64,000 nucleotides of DNA. Source: Octopus vulgaris. Taxonomy: Eukaryota. The stretch is from positions 71,238,001 through 71,302,000 of the forward strand of contig OX597833.1 of NCBI GenBank assembly GCA_951406725.2, written 5' to 3'. Positions 25,068 through 38,106 of this stretch are shown here, piece after piece; position 1 is the stretch's first letter, and each line of letters starts with the position of its first letter. Under the pieces are notes generated by a model. That model was not told the origin of the DNA. It did not search any database and was given only the letters and a program-made list of their open reading frames with translations. The translations under genes and the position numbers were made by a program.

Positions 25068-25582
25068 CTATTTCTTTACTACCCACAAGGAGCTACACAC
25101 AGAGGGGACAAACAAGGACAGACAAACGGATTAAGTCGATTATATCGACCCCAGTGCATAACTCATCATCATCATCATCGTTTAACGTCCGTTTTCCATG
25201 CTAGCATGGGTTGGACAGTTGGACAGGCTCCAGTCTGATCGGGCAATGTTTCTACAGCTGGATGCTCTTCCTAACGCCAACCACCCCAAGAGTGTAGTGG
25301 GTGCTTTTTATGTGCCACCGGCACAGGTGCAAGACGAGGCTGGCAAACAGCCACGATCAGATGGTGCTTTTTACGTGCCGGTGGCATGGAGGCCAGTCGG
25401 GGCGGCGCTGGCAATGGCCACGTTCGGATGGTTCTCTTATGTGCCACGTATTTAATCGAGCCCCGAAAGGATGAAAGGCAAAGTCTTCCTCAGCGGAATT
25501 TGAACTTAGAACATAGCGGCTGATGAAATACCGCTGAGCATTTTGCCCGGTGTGCTAACGTTTCTGCCAGCTCGCCGCCTTA
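25068..25582 (-). mobile_element. SINE family E interrupted by a family B insertion (~25163-25450)
   Basis: E sequence breaks at cccagtgcataact and resumes at atttaatcgagccccgaaagg. Confidence 0.85.
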
Positions 25583-27016
25583 TTGGTATATTGGTAATAA
25601 CAAAAAGGTAAGTCAGAATGAATGAAGGAACCGTTCCTTAATTTATTTCTGTTCAAATACAGAAAGTTTTCCTTCATCCTTGATTCATTTAAGAGTGTTT
25701 TTGTTTGTTTTGGGGAACCAAACACCTGTAATGAGCAAGAATAGATGTATAGTGTGATTTTCAAGAGATTTAGCTGTTATTTCTAACAAATAGAGTGACA
25801 GTCTCTAGGTTTCCTTGTTGAACGATGTTTCTGAGGTTTGCATTTATGGAGCCCAAGGGGTAGGGAGCTGGGGGTGACTCCAGCCATTTTATCTGGCATC
25901 CAGTGCAGCCGAACTGAGATGTCTTTGAACACCCTGTTGGGGGTGGATCTGTTTCTCATCCAACCTTCTCGGCCAACAGAGTGTATATATATATTGGCAG
26001 ATGGTGCCAAAGTGCTTCTTCTGAGAGGATTCCTCCTCCTCCACCCCAACCCCATGTGCTCAGACAGGCTACAAGAGAAGAGAACAGCTTTGGTAATTAG
26101 AAAACTATACAACTGCCATCATCATCATCATCATCATTATTACCATGATCATTGCTACCACCACCACTAAGACCACCACCACCACCACCATTTATATATA
26201 TATCAGGGACATGTTTAAAATGGGTATATTTCAAATGGGTATATTTCTGATTGTATAAATTTTGTTGGAGCCTAAATTTTAAATATTTATTTCTTTAATG
26301 CCCACAAGGGGGCTAAATATAGAGGGGACAAACAAGGACAAAGAGATTAAGTCAATTACATCGATCCCCAGTACAAAACTGGTACTTAATTTATCGACCC
26401 CGAAAGGATGAAAAGCAAAGTCGACATCGATGGAATTTGAACTCTGAATGAAAAGAACCAGAAGAAATACGGCTACACATTTCGTCCAACCGTGTCAATG
26501 CTTCTGCCGACATGATGCTTCCAACAAATACAATAAAATTAATAACACAGAAATGGTTATGGCAATATAAAATAAACCACATCATCATCATCATCATCAT
26601 CACTAACAGGGCAACAACAACAACAACAACAAACAATAACAGTATCATAGTGTGAAGTATCTAGGAGCTTAATTTGTAGAGCTGCAATCCCACCCTTTGA
26701 CCTCTGAGCTCAGCCAAAATTCCTACCCTTCTCTTACCAAAGCAGCTACCCTGCCAGGAACATCTTTGCATTTTCAGATTCTTAGACACCCATCCAACAC
26801 AGACACAGTGCCACCACGCCATCCATATTTATACTCACCCCCACCCCACCAGACAAACCAATTTCTGGAAAAAACGAAAACAACAGCTCAAAATGACACT
26901 AAAAACACATACATGGATACACACACACACACATACATCAATATATATATGGTACATGCCTTTGTGTGTGTGTATATATATGTGTGTGTGTATATATATA
27001 TATATATGTGTGTGTG

Positions 27017-27065
<49 letters not shown>

Positions 27066-27356
27066 ATATGTAAATATATATATATATGCATGTACGTGTA
27101 TATATATGTGTGTACATATATATACGTGTATATATATATATACATATATACATATACTTTTTTTTTGTGAGTAACACCTCAGTGTTTGATGCTGTAAACT
27201 TTGTTCCACTTAATAAGATTTATTGCTTTCTAATCACCTGAGCTGGGGTTGGTCTGTTTACTTTTCCGTTTCAATAGGCTTAATGAAACAGTTTGAACTT
27301 TCCCAATTATCCTGCAGTGTTTTCACATTAAAACAGAAAGGATTATATATCCTATA

Positions 27357-27755
27357 CTAGCAGTATCGCCCTGCGTTGCTCGGGTTTGTAAGGGAAATGA
27401 CTATATAAGCATTTTTAGAGATGTAAAGTATAATAGCCATCTCAATATGGCTAACCACAAACGGGGGGGGGGTTACTGTAGCTTTTTACATTCTGAGATT
27501 TAATAATAAATTTTTAGAGAGTTACTTCCCTTATATATGCCAAAAATGCATTAAAAAATGGGAAAAATTGATGGTAAATTCTTTTTTAAATCGTAGACTC
27601 ATCGTAGACGTTTGCTAATACCCAGAAGGGCTCAATATGAATCACGACTATAAGATACCCTGTTTTGGTTAAACTGCACCGCAAAATGTGGGAGTAGTTA
27701 GGAATCTAAATCGTAGGAGACAGACAGCACACAACCTTACTTTTATATATAAAGA
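27357..27755 (-). mobile_element. Non-autonomous Helitron
   Basis: Minus strand starts TC (27755) and ends with a GC-rich hairpin (ccgagcaacgcaggg) followed by CTAG (27357); inserted between A and T; homologous to 44890-45283. Confidence 0.85.
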
Positions 27756-27769
27756 TATATATATACACA

Positions 27770-28900
27770 CAGTACCATGCAAAAGTCTTCGGCCACTTTA
27801 AACTCTTGTAAATTTCTACTAATTGCCAACATATAAGTGGATGCGTTTTTTACAGATGAAGCATTGATCCTGTTGGAATCATTTCCATACCTAATCATTA
27901 TATTTTGTAGTAGGGGTTCTGAATGAAAGGGGAAGATGCGAGACAGCCAACAAAAATGGCCGTGCAAAAGTTCTTGGACACCTCACATAAACCAATCAAG
28001 ATACAGCATTTAAAAACAGTAAAAAGGGCTATAATGAAAATTGGCACATAAAAAGCACCATCCAATCGTGGCCGTTTGCCAGCCCCGTCAGGTACCTGTG
28101 CCGGTGGCACGTAAAAAGCACCATTCGTCCATGGCCGTTGCCAGCGCCGCCCTGACTGGCCTCCGTGCCGGTGGCACGTAAAAAGCAACCACTACACTCA
28201 CGGAGTGGTTGGCGTTAGGAAGGGCATCCAGCCGTAGAAACACTGCCAGATCAGACTGGGCCTGGTGCAGCCTTCAGGCTTCACAGACCCCGGTCGAACC
28301 GTCCAACCCATGCTAGCATGGAAAGCGGACAGTAAACGATGATGATGATGATGATGATGATGATAATGAATGTTCATTTCAAGAAGTTACTGTACATTGT
28401 TAATATTACGTGTGGTTTCTCTTACCTTGAATAATTGCTTCAATGCACCTGGAAAGAGGTGTGTACGAATCCTTCACCATCTTCAAAGGTATGAGATGCC
28501 ATTCTCTGTGGCTGAGCTCCCACAACTCTTCAAGATTGCGTGGATTCTTCTGACAAACTCTTCTCTTTAGTTCTGTTCGCATTTGCCTGGTGATATTTAA
28601 GCCAAGACTCTGAGCTGGGCCATCTTTCAATATGGTAACACCTTCATCAGCCAGAGTCTGTTGTGTTGCATGCAATCTGAGGCATGGATTTCCGTCAAAC
28701 TGAAAAATCTCCCCTTCATCCAAGTCTGCTATCAAATTGTCCTTCAGCAACTGGATGTATTTGGCGCTATTCAAGTTACAATTAATTTTAACCAACTTCC
28801 TTGAACCATCACTTTTTAAGTATCCCCAAAGCATCAGACTCTTTTCCCTAAACTTCAGTGTTTTCATTATGAAATAGGAGTCGTTTCACTTTCTAATTAG
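27770..28900 (-). mobile_element. Tc1-family DNA transposon remnant (right end), split by a family B copy at ~28042-28365
   Basis: TIR-like cagtaccatgcaaaagtcttcggccac at 27770, inner repeat gccgtgcaaaagttcttggacac at ~27959, transposase C-terminus on the minus strand. Confidence 0.75.
28406..28867 (-). pseudogene. Tc1 DDE transposase fragment
   Basis: SLMLWG...LNSAKYIQLL...IFQFDGNPC...PAQSLGLN...ELKRRV...NLEELW matches Tc1 MVWG / QQDNAP / WPSQSPDLNPIE motifs with catalytic decay. Confidence 0.85.
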
Positions 28901-29104
28901 CAAGAATTTGTCAGAAGGCCTCCAGGAAAGCAAAACAACCCATCTTACACGAAGTAAACAGTGTTCAACTGGTCCCTATTTTATCAACCCAGAAAGGATA
29001 AAGGCAAAGTCGACCGCAGCAAGATTTGAAACCAGAACATAAAGAGTCAAAAGAAACGTCACAAAGCATTTCGTCCGATCCACAAATGGTTCTGCCATCT
29101 TGCT

Positions 29105-29705
29105 TTTTACCTTTTGTTTGTTTCAGTCATTGGACAGCAGCCCTGCCTTGAAGGGTTTCAGTTGAATGAAGTGACCCCCAGGACTTATTTTCTTTTTAAA
29201 GCCTGGTACTTGGTTCATTGGTCTCTTTTGCCAAAGTGTTATGGTATGGGGACATAAACAAACCAATGCCAGTCATCAAACACAGACACACACACAAACA
29301 CACACACACACACATGATGGGGTGCTGAAAAGCTCCTGGCTTTAAGGGTGCCGTGAAAGGCCTGGTTGGAGGCCCATCATTCCGAGTTCTTTTACAGGAC
29401 TTAGAAGATCTGAAGGACCACTGCAATAAGTCTGTGAATCTGAGAGGGGAATAAGTTGAATAAAATCATAATTAACTGACCTTCCTGTATTTTTTTTTTT
29501 ACCCAAAGCCAGAAACTTTCCAGCCTCACCCCTTGTATATATGTATGTATATGATAGGTTTCTTTCAGTTTCGATCTACTAAATCTACTCACCAGGCTTT
29601 GGTTGGCCCCAGGCTATAGTAGAGACACTGACCTAAGGCACCATGCACTAGGACTGAACCTGGAACCATGTGGTTAGAAAGCAAACTTCTTACCACACAG
29701 CCATG
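29105..29705 (-). mobile_element. SINE family A hosting a mariner MITE in its microsatellite
   Basis: Family A tail 29105-29310 and head 29555-29705. Confidence 0.8.
29315..29535 (+). mobile_element. Internally deleted mariner (MITE)
   Basis: TIRs ggggtgctgaaaagctcctggcttt and aaagccagaaactttccagcctcacccc, followed by TA on the right; residual GLEDLKDHCNKSVNLRGE*VE resembles the mariner C-terminus. Confidence 0.75.
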
Positions 29706-30385
29706 CCAAGCTGAATGTAAAATTCTATGAGTTGATCCACGAGTTGCGAAAGAAATTGGGTTGGTGGAAACTGTGTGGAAGCCCGTTAGATGCTCTATAC
29801 TTGTAAGCTAATGGTCCAGTGTTGTCATATTCATTCAGTGTGTGGATTACATTGAGGGCACTTGGCGTCTATGGAATTCTCAACCACAATAGTTAATTGC
29901 TATGAAGTTCAGTTGACTGAACGACTGGAATGCTCAACAGCAGAGACTGACAGAGACTGATTTCATTTGGTGGGAACTTGTGTGTGCTTGTGTGTGTGTG
30001 TATGAGTATGTGCGTGCCAGTGTGTGCTTGTGTGTGTGTGTGTGTGTGTACGTACTGGAGTGATAGGTGAGTAGGTTATGTTCCTCTTATCTAAGTAACC
30101 TAGTTGATTATGAAGGAGACAATTAAACTGGTGATAACATAGATTAATATCATCATCATCATCATCATCACCATCATTATTATATTATTCTTGTTGTTGT
30201 TGTTGTTGTTAAGTAATTTTAAGCCTCTGGAAACTGCTAGTGTATTTATTGTTCGTTTTAATTTCCTTTTCCATTATTTATTTTATTCTGAGAAATATAA
30301 CTTCTCGTATCTATAGCAATAATAATAATAATAATAATAATTTATTTTTTAATAATAATAACAATAATAATAATAATAATAATAA

Positions 30386-30877
30386 GTTATCACGTACATT
30401 GTTTTGTCTTGGTATAAAAGATGGGCTACAGCAAATATTCTGCTCAACACCACAGATTTGCTTGTCAGTTGTTTGACCTTAACCAGTTGAGCATGTTCCT
30501 TAGTGGCTGACGATATGTGCATCTCTGATCACGAGCAGAAGTAGTGGGGGAGCATCATAGCTGTGTTTTGAGAGGGATTCTTAGAGGTTGGATAATTCAT
30601 CTTTGGAAATATGGGTGGTTCGTTCAACATCCTTAAACAATCCTTATTCAGGGACCTTTTGAGCTGAATGGGCTACTCGATCAGAATAAAATTCTAACTG
30701 GGCCCCACCTGCAAGGTCATGTACTGTTTATCTTGATATGAGATCACCATGTCGCGCACATATGGTTGTGATGCATGTGCCTGGTCTACCCTTATCAGAC
30801 GGGTAGTCATGATGGGTATACTGGGCTTCGTATATTTTACCCCAGTGTCACTCTGATGGCATGCACTGCTCTCTCAC

Positions 30878-30879
<2 letters not shown>
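30386..30879 (+). mobile_element. Non-coding interspersed element flanked by (AAT)n, truncated copy
   Basis: Closely similar reverse complement of 42144-42697. Confidence 0.85.
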
Positions 30880-30940
<61 letters not shown>

Positions 30941-30984
30941 ATGATGATGATGATGATTATGATGATGATGATGATGATGATGAT

Positions 30985-31565
30985 ACTTTCTACTCCAGTA
31001 ATGAAAGGTATGAAAGAAATTTGGTGGGAAGTATTTATTTTATCAACTCTGAAAAAGATAGAAGTCAAAGTTGACCTTTTTGGTAGAACTTCAACTCAGA
31101 ATGCCTCACTGGAAGAAATGCTGCTAAGCATTTTGCCTGACACTGTAACAATTCCAGCAGTCCACTGTGTTGTAGTAATAATAATAATAATAATAATAAT
31201 AAAATACTGGTACTTATTTTATCAGCCCCCAAAAGGCTGAAAGGCAAAATCGAACTTAGCAGAATTTGAACTCAGAACTCAGAACTTAGCAGCATTTCAC
31301 CCAATGTGCTAACCATTCTGCCAGCTCACCACCATAATAATAATCCTTTCTACTATAGGCACATGGCCTGAAATCTGGGGGAGAAGGCAAGTCAGTTACA
31401 CTGACCCCCCAGCACATAACTGGTACTTATTTCATCATCACCAAAAGGATGGATGGCAAAGTTGACCCTGGTGGAATTTGAACTCAGAACAAATAGACGA
31501 ACAAAATACTGCTTAGCATTTTGCCAGGCAGGCTAACGATTCTGCCAGCTCACCACTTTAATAAC

Positions 31566-31597
<32 letters not shown>

Positions 31598-31890
31598 TAA
31601 TAATAATAATAATCCTTTCTTATTTCTTTACTACCCACAAGGAGCTACACACAGAGGGGACAAACAAGGATAGACAAACGGATTAAGTTGATTATATCGA
31701 CCCCAGTGCGTAACTGGTACTTATTTAATCGACCCCGAAAAGATGAAAGGCAAAGTCAACCTCGGTGGAATTTGAACTTAGAATGTAGCAGCAGATGAAA
31801 TATTGCTAAGCATTTCGCCCACGTTTCTGCCAGCTCCTTTCTACTGGAGGCACAAGGCCCCAGATTTGTGGTGTGGGGACAATCGACCTA
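30985..31890 (-). mobile_element. Tandem array of ~4 SINE family E units with (AAT)n linkers
   Basis: Repeated ctggtactt...gaaaggcaaag...gaatttgaactcagaa...gccagctc units. Confidence 0.8.
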
Positions 31891-32479
31891 CCAGAAATAG
31901 CAGCCAAATCTCTCTCAAATCATATTCCATCATATTTTTAAAAAGTTTTTTTAAAATGTAGCTAATGTAGTTTGTCTTCTGTTAGATAAAGAAATATGAC
32001 AGGATGGTCGTATTTGGAATGCCTTTGATCAATCACCTCATCAAAATATCAAAGGTTCAAAGTAATGCATTCAAAACAATGTGAATAAAGCATTATATTT
32101 GACAGAGTAATCTGAATGCTAAAGGGTCAAATGTTTTTTATTTGGGGTCAAATTTTGCATCACACCAACTGCAACCTGGTCACTGACACAATTCTACGGA
32201 AACAGAATTTAAGCTAAGCTTAAAATCTTTGTGCATTTTCAAATGGCCAATATATGTGTCAGTCGTGCTGTGATTGTTTTGCTTTCAACACACAGTCTCC
32301 AAATCAAATCTCTTCTCAAACACATCCGTCTCTGAAATGAAATCTTTAAAGTTATAGAGTAAGCAGTCGAGATACGCTCTGAATAGATATCTTCACCGAA
32401 ACGGTACAAAGTATGTTTGATAATTTACGCATTTGTTTAGCTTTGGCTAAGTCTTGTACTGATTCACTACAAATATATA

Positions 32480-32489
32480 CATATATATA

Positions 32490-32528
<39 letters not shown>

Positions 32529-32831
32529 GCATGTATGTATGTATGTGTGTGTGTGTCTGTATGTATGTATGTATGTGTGTGTATGTATATATATATATAT
32601 GCATGCATGTATGTATGTATGTATGTGTGTGTGTCTGTATGTATATATATATGCATGTATGTATGTATGTATGTATGTATGTATGTGTGTGTGTGTGTAT
32701 CTGTCTGTATGTATGTATATATATATACATGTATGTATGTATGTATGTGTTTGTGTGTCTGTATGTATGTATATGTGTTTGTATGTATATATATATATAT
32801 ATGCATGTATGTATGTATGTGTGTGTGTATG

Positions 32832-32875
<44 letters not shown>

Positions 32876-32900
32876 TGCAGGCACAGTTATGTGTGTGTGT
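32480..32900. repeat. Compound (TG)n/(TATG)n/(TA)n microsatellite
   Basis: Direct inspection. Confidence 0.95.
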
Positions 32901-32984
32901 GTGTTCATCGTAACTAAAACATCATTTCCTATGCAGATGGCATCTCTCAGGAATTTATTGTCTGAGCAATTTTGTCAAGAGCAG

Positions 32985-33110
32985 CGTTAACGGATTTCAG
33001 GAAGCATGGAATGTTTTAAAGGATGCAGTGTCCCAACGGCTAACAACTAATCCGGATCATGTATATTCCATGCTTCAAGAATTCTAAATGTAAGAAAACA
33101 TTTCCAAATG
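32985..33110 (-). mobile_element. Degenerate CR1-type LINE 3' end
   Basis: Minus translation WKCFLTFRILEAWN then LVVSRWDTASFKT/SMLPEIR; related to 44720-44870. Confidence 0.6.
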
Positions 33111-33289
33111 CCCCTTGTGTTGGACCCAGTGCAAAGCCCCCTCTGAGGGGGCCACATGGGCCAAAACAATCAGGAGGTAGATGCACTTCTGCAATGCTGA
33201 CAGTACAAGAGAAATTGGATTCAAAATACCCAGGGAAGCATTCAAGATTTGGTAAACGAGTGAGTATTCCTATGGTTGAATGTTTCTAG

Positions 33290-33676
33290 GTGGAGGCGCA
33301 ATGGCCCAGTGGTTAGGGCAGCGGACTCGCGGTCGTAGGATCGCGGTTTCGATTCCCAGACCGGGCGTTGTGAGTGTTTATTGAGCAAAAACACCTAAAA
33401 AGCTCGACGAGGCTCCGGCAGGGGATGGTGGTGATCCCTGCTGTACTCCTTCACCACAACTTTCTCTCACTCTTACTTCCTGTTTCTGTTGTACCTGTAT
33501 TTCAAAGGGCCGGCCTTGTCACTCTCTGTGTCACGCTGAATATCCCCGAGAACTACGTTAAGGGGACACGTGTCTGTGGAGTGCTCAGCCACTTACACGT
33601 TAATTTCACGAGCGGGCTGTTCCGTTGATCGGATCAACCGGAACCCTCGTCGTCGGAACCGACAGAGTGCTTCCAC
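33290..33676 (+). mobile_element. Full-length young tRNA-derived SINE (family C) with 10-bp TSD
   Basis: A box tggcccagtgg, B box gtttcgattcc, CpGs largely intact; TSD atgtttctag at 33280-33289 and 33677-33686. Confidence 0.92.
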
Positions 33677-34098
33677 ATGTTTCTAGATATTCAACTGGTT
33701 TTTAATTATTATTCAACTAATAATGGCAGCAAATTGACAAAATTAACGAAGCATCTAGCAGAAAGTGATTTGTGTTATTCTTTTACTGTTTTACTTGTTC
33801 CAGTCATTTGAGTGTGGCCATGCTGGAGCACTGCACTGCCTTTGTAACCCAAAGATGTTAGGCAGAAACTTGGGTTGTATAGAAGCATCCTGTTTTGAAA
33901 TCTGTGTTGTGTTTCCATTGGCAGAAACTGGATTAAGTTGAAATGGATTAACTCAGAAAAACGGCACCTGGAAAGATAAAGGAACAATGGGTGGGGGTAG
34001 GGTGGGGGTGGGGCTTGGATAAAAGCTGGAAATGATGAGATTAAGATTTGGATCAGTACACACTACATTTAGGATAACTCATACATATGCATACATAC

Positions 34099-34136
<38 letters not shown>

Positions 34137-34137
34137 C

Positions 34138-34445
34138 TTTACTCTCTCTCTTTTACTTGTTTCAGTCATTTGACTGCGGCCATGCTGGAGCACCGCCTTT
34201 AGTCGAGCAAATCGACCCCGGGACTTATTCTTTGTAAGCCCAGTACTTATTCTATCGGTCTCTTTTGCCGAACCGCTAAGTGACGGGGACGTAAACACAC
34301 CAGCAGCGGTCTACCAAATTCACTCACAAGGTTTCGGTCGGCCCGGGGCTATACCAGAAGACACTTGCCCAAGATGCCACGCAGTGGGACTGAACCCGGA
34401 ACCATGTGGTTGGTTAGCAAGCTACTCACCACACAGCCACTCCTA
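34138..34445 (-). mobile_element. SINE family A with the internal microsatellite region deleted
   Basis: cagcagcggt joins directly to ctaccaaattc. Confidence 0.85.
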
Positions 34446-35499
34446 TTATATATATATATAAGGACATGAGACCCACTTTGTGACTTTGGGCAAATAATTA
34501 CTTTTTTTTATTCTTTTTAAATAAAACCTGAGAGAGAGAGAGGGGGGGAAAGCAAGGGGTTACACAGCAAGGTGAACGTTCCCTTGTTGAATCAAATGTT
34601 TCACAGTGGGTGACAGGTGTGTGTTTACACATGAAGTTGTTGGGGGGGGACACAGCATGTTTCAATAGTGTTTGCACCAGATGGTGGCAGCAGTGGTCGG
34701 GGGGGGGGAATGACGGTGATGGTAGTGGTGGTGGTTATGGTGTTGGTGGTGGTGGGAGTTGGAACCCCCTCCTCCGCACCGATACAGTTTCAGAGTAAGA
34801 GAATGTGTGTTCTCTTAGAAGAGACAACTGAAAAAAAGAAGGGGAAAAATAAAAAAATAAAAATAAAAGTGTGGTGATGGGGGGGGGGGGAGTAGAAAGA
34901 AAAAAGAGAAAAGAAAAAGAAGGAATGTTCCAAAGGGTCAAAAACAATTTTACCTTCATTTCATTTTCTATCACATTTAGGGAATACAAATGGTTAGAAG
35001 TTTCCAATGAGCCAATCAGGGGTTCTTGAGATATCCAGTGGTAAGAGTGACAAGGGATTGTCTGGTTAATTCGGTGGAACAAATACCACACAGGGTAGTC
35101 TTATTTGGAAGCCCTAATTTTTTTAGTTTTCTCAATAATGCTTCCATAAGGGTGTAGGCATAGCTAGGTGGTTAAGAAGCTTGCTTTGGAACAATGGGCT
35201 TCCAGGTTCAAACCCATTTAACAACATCTTTAGCAAATACCTCGAGTTCACAAATCCCTTATTACTGGAATTTAGGAGACAGATCTTTGAGTCTGTTTAA
35301 GTTTACACTTGTCTAAAAATCACTGTTGCTTATACTGGGCTGCTTTCAATTTTGTAAATTATATTTCAAAAAAATCCTTGATAAAGTGATTTTTGCAGCC
35401 TGTAAATTATTCTGTAATTATTCATCATAATGTGAAAATCAAAATCAAAACCAAAATCAAAATCAAACCAAATCAAATTAGATATCAGAAAGCAGAACC

Positions 35500-35908
35500 A
35501 AAATCGAAGTTGATCAACATCAATGGAAATTGCAGCTGTGGTACCAGTACCGGTGACAAGTAAGTGAACCATCCGACCGTGGCCGTTGCTGCCTCCGTGC
35601 CGGTGACACGTAAAAAGCATCATCCGTTTGTGGCCGTTGCCAGCCTCGCCTGGTCCCCGTGCCGGTGGCACATAAAAAGCACCATCCGATCGTGGCCGTT
35701 TGCCAGACTCGTCTGGCACCTGTGCGGGTGGCACGTAAAAAGCACCCACTACACTCACAGAGTGGTTGGCGTTAGGAAGGACATCCAGCCGTAGAAACAC
35801 TGCCAGATCAGACTGGGCCTGATGCAGCCTTCTGGCTTCCCAGACCCCAGTTGCACCGTTCAACCCATGCTAGCATGGAAAGCGGATGCTAAATGATGAT
35901 GATGATGA
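35500..35908 (+). mobile_element. RTE 3'-UTR fragment (family B), 4 hairpin units
   Basis: Units near 35547, 35597, 35659, 35722; terminal block and (GAT)n. Confidence 0.88.
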
Positions 35909-36349
35909 ATGTTACGTAAGAATTACTGAAACAGCCGTAGGAATTGAATATTTAAAATATCATCAGTACTGTCTTCTGTTATTCTCTCAAAAACATACAC
36001 ACATGAATATATATAGATACATACATATATGCATACATAGAAGCACATACACATATATATGTGCACATACTTGTATACATAAATACATATGCACACACAT
36101 ACGTACATACACACAATAGATTATGGCCCACAAATTCATAATACTTGCAATTCACCCTTATGCAACAAAGTCTCCTACCCTTACCTCATACTGTCATTGA
36201 CCTGCTAGAAATAGCATCTAAATTGCCTCAAATTACACTGTACCCTTTTTTTAAAGCATAAAGCAAAAACACGAAGGTCTGTTGGCCCAGGAGGTCAAAG
36301 ACTGACAAGGCCAGAGCTTGACCCAGTTTACATAGCATTATAAGTGACT

Positions 36350-36875
36350 GGTGAAGGTGTGTGGCCTTGCGCTGACAGGGTGGCATTCATGATTACCAGA
36401 TGATGGGTTCAATTCTTGGACCAGGTGCAGCATGCGCTCTTGAGCAAATTATTTTATTTCATGTTGCTCACTCCACTCAGCTGTAAATAGGTGACACTCT
36501 GTGAACATACTAGCCCTCTGATCAGGGAGAATGTTGGCCTGCCCGACTAGCTGGAGGAGTGGCACCTTTTGAAAGCTACAAAAATTATGTCAAATGCATT
36601 GTGACCAGCGATGTGTAACAACAGCTAATGGTCATACCATGAATGTTGAGCTGGCAGAACCGTTTGCATGCCAGGCGAACAGCGTAGCCGTATTTCATCT
36701 GCCGTTACGTTCTGAGTTCAAATTCCACCGAGGTCGACTTTGCCTTTCATCCTTTCGGGGTCGATAAATTAAGTACCAGTTATGCACTGGGATCGATATA
36801 ATTGACTTAGTCCGTTTGTCTGTCCTTGTTTGTCCCCTCTGTGTTTAGCCCCTTGTGGGTAGTAAAGAAACAGAT
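36350..36875 (+). mobile_element. D-like-headed SINE (~36350-36640) followed by SINE family E (~36645-36875)
   Basis: gtgaaggtgtgtggcc head with cttgagcaa core; then gagctggcagaaccg...gcctttcatcctttcggggtcg...gtagtaaagaaa. Confidence 0.75.
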
Positions 36876-38106
36876 ATGTAACTGGAATTGTGACAGTCCC
36901 TGGTGAATGGGATTCCGGTCTGTCACGGGGACGACTTAGCAGCCATCGTTGGAACCCATTGCAGCTGAGTGGCCTGGGGCAATGTGAAATGAACTCAACC
37001 GACCGCCTGGTGCAGGAATCGGAACTATAAGCTTGCAGTCATGAAGACATTGTCTTTCCCTCTCAACCACGAAACTTCATATTAATGAAATCTAAGATGA
37101 TAAAAAGAAAAAAATGTGGACTACCACAGGTGGAATACCTTTGATCCATAGATCGGCTCAGTCAAGGTTGACCTAGGGTTTAACAACGACAACAACAGGC
37201 TATGAACTGGATGGCATTTACTTTGTGTGTCATTCCCTTAAAAACAATAAAATGAGAAGAGATTTGAGGAAGTGAAACGAGGAAAGGGATTTTGAAGAAC
37301 AAAAGAGGAAATGAAAGAAGAACAGAATCAGTAATGGCGGCGGAGGTGGTGGTGGTGGTGGTGGTGGTGGTGGTGGCGGTGGTGGTGGCGGTGGTGAGGG
37401 CTGTATGAAAGAGAGGCAGAGAGGGGTCGGAGGAGAGTGAAAAACAATGTTGAAAGACAGAAAGGAGAAATAAAGGGAGAGAGAGAGAGAAAGAGAGATA
37501 CAGAGATAAAGAGGGGGAAAAGAAGATGAAAAGAAAAAACAAGGAAGAAACAATGTAAAAAAAGCAGAAACAGAAAAGGAGAATAAATGATAGAGAAAAG
37601 GAAAGAGAAGCAGAGTAGGAGAGGGAAGGGGAAGATTAGTGTAAGGGACAGAGAGGGAGAGGAACTATATGAAAGAGAGAGAGAGGGAGGGAGAGAGTCA
37701 GAGAGAGGGGGAGGAGCAGGAGAGTTGAAGGAAGGTGAAGGGAGAATAAAGGAAGACAGCTACACAAACACATACATACAGTAGGCGCACACACACACAC
37801 ACGCACACACACTCACACACTCTCACACACACAGACACACACACGCACGCACACACATGCCACAGGCGCATCAGTCTAACGCTTATCTAGACATAACCCC
37901 CTTCCTCCCACACTGACATGCACTTGAAATACAGGGTGCGGCAAAAAAAACCTCCAATATTTTGCAGGTCAACAAATGCTTCAACCACAAACACACACAA
38001 TATACACCAAGATAAACAATAATGATGGCTGAGGAATAAACTGTAAGCCATTCGCTACATGAAAGCACCATTATTATCAGTCTAACTTTCCTCACATTAT
38101 GCTATT

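Noticed and set aside
33290-33365. tRNA gene
   Set aside because: A/B boxes present but no clean acceptor stem; continues into a SINE body with TSDs. Same for the other tRNA-like heads
35540-35750. Palindromic repeat-spacer pattern in family B resembling CRISPR
   Set aside because: Spacers are homologous to one another and the array is dispersed as part of a LINE 3' UTR
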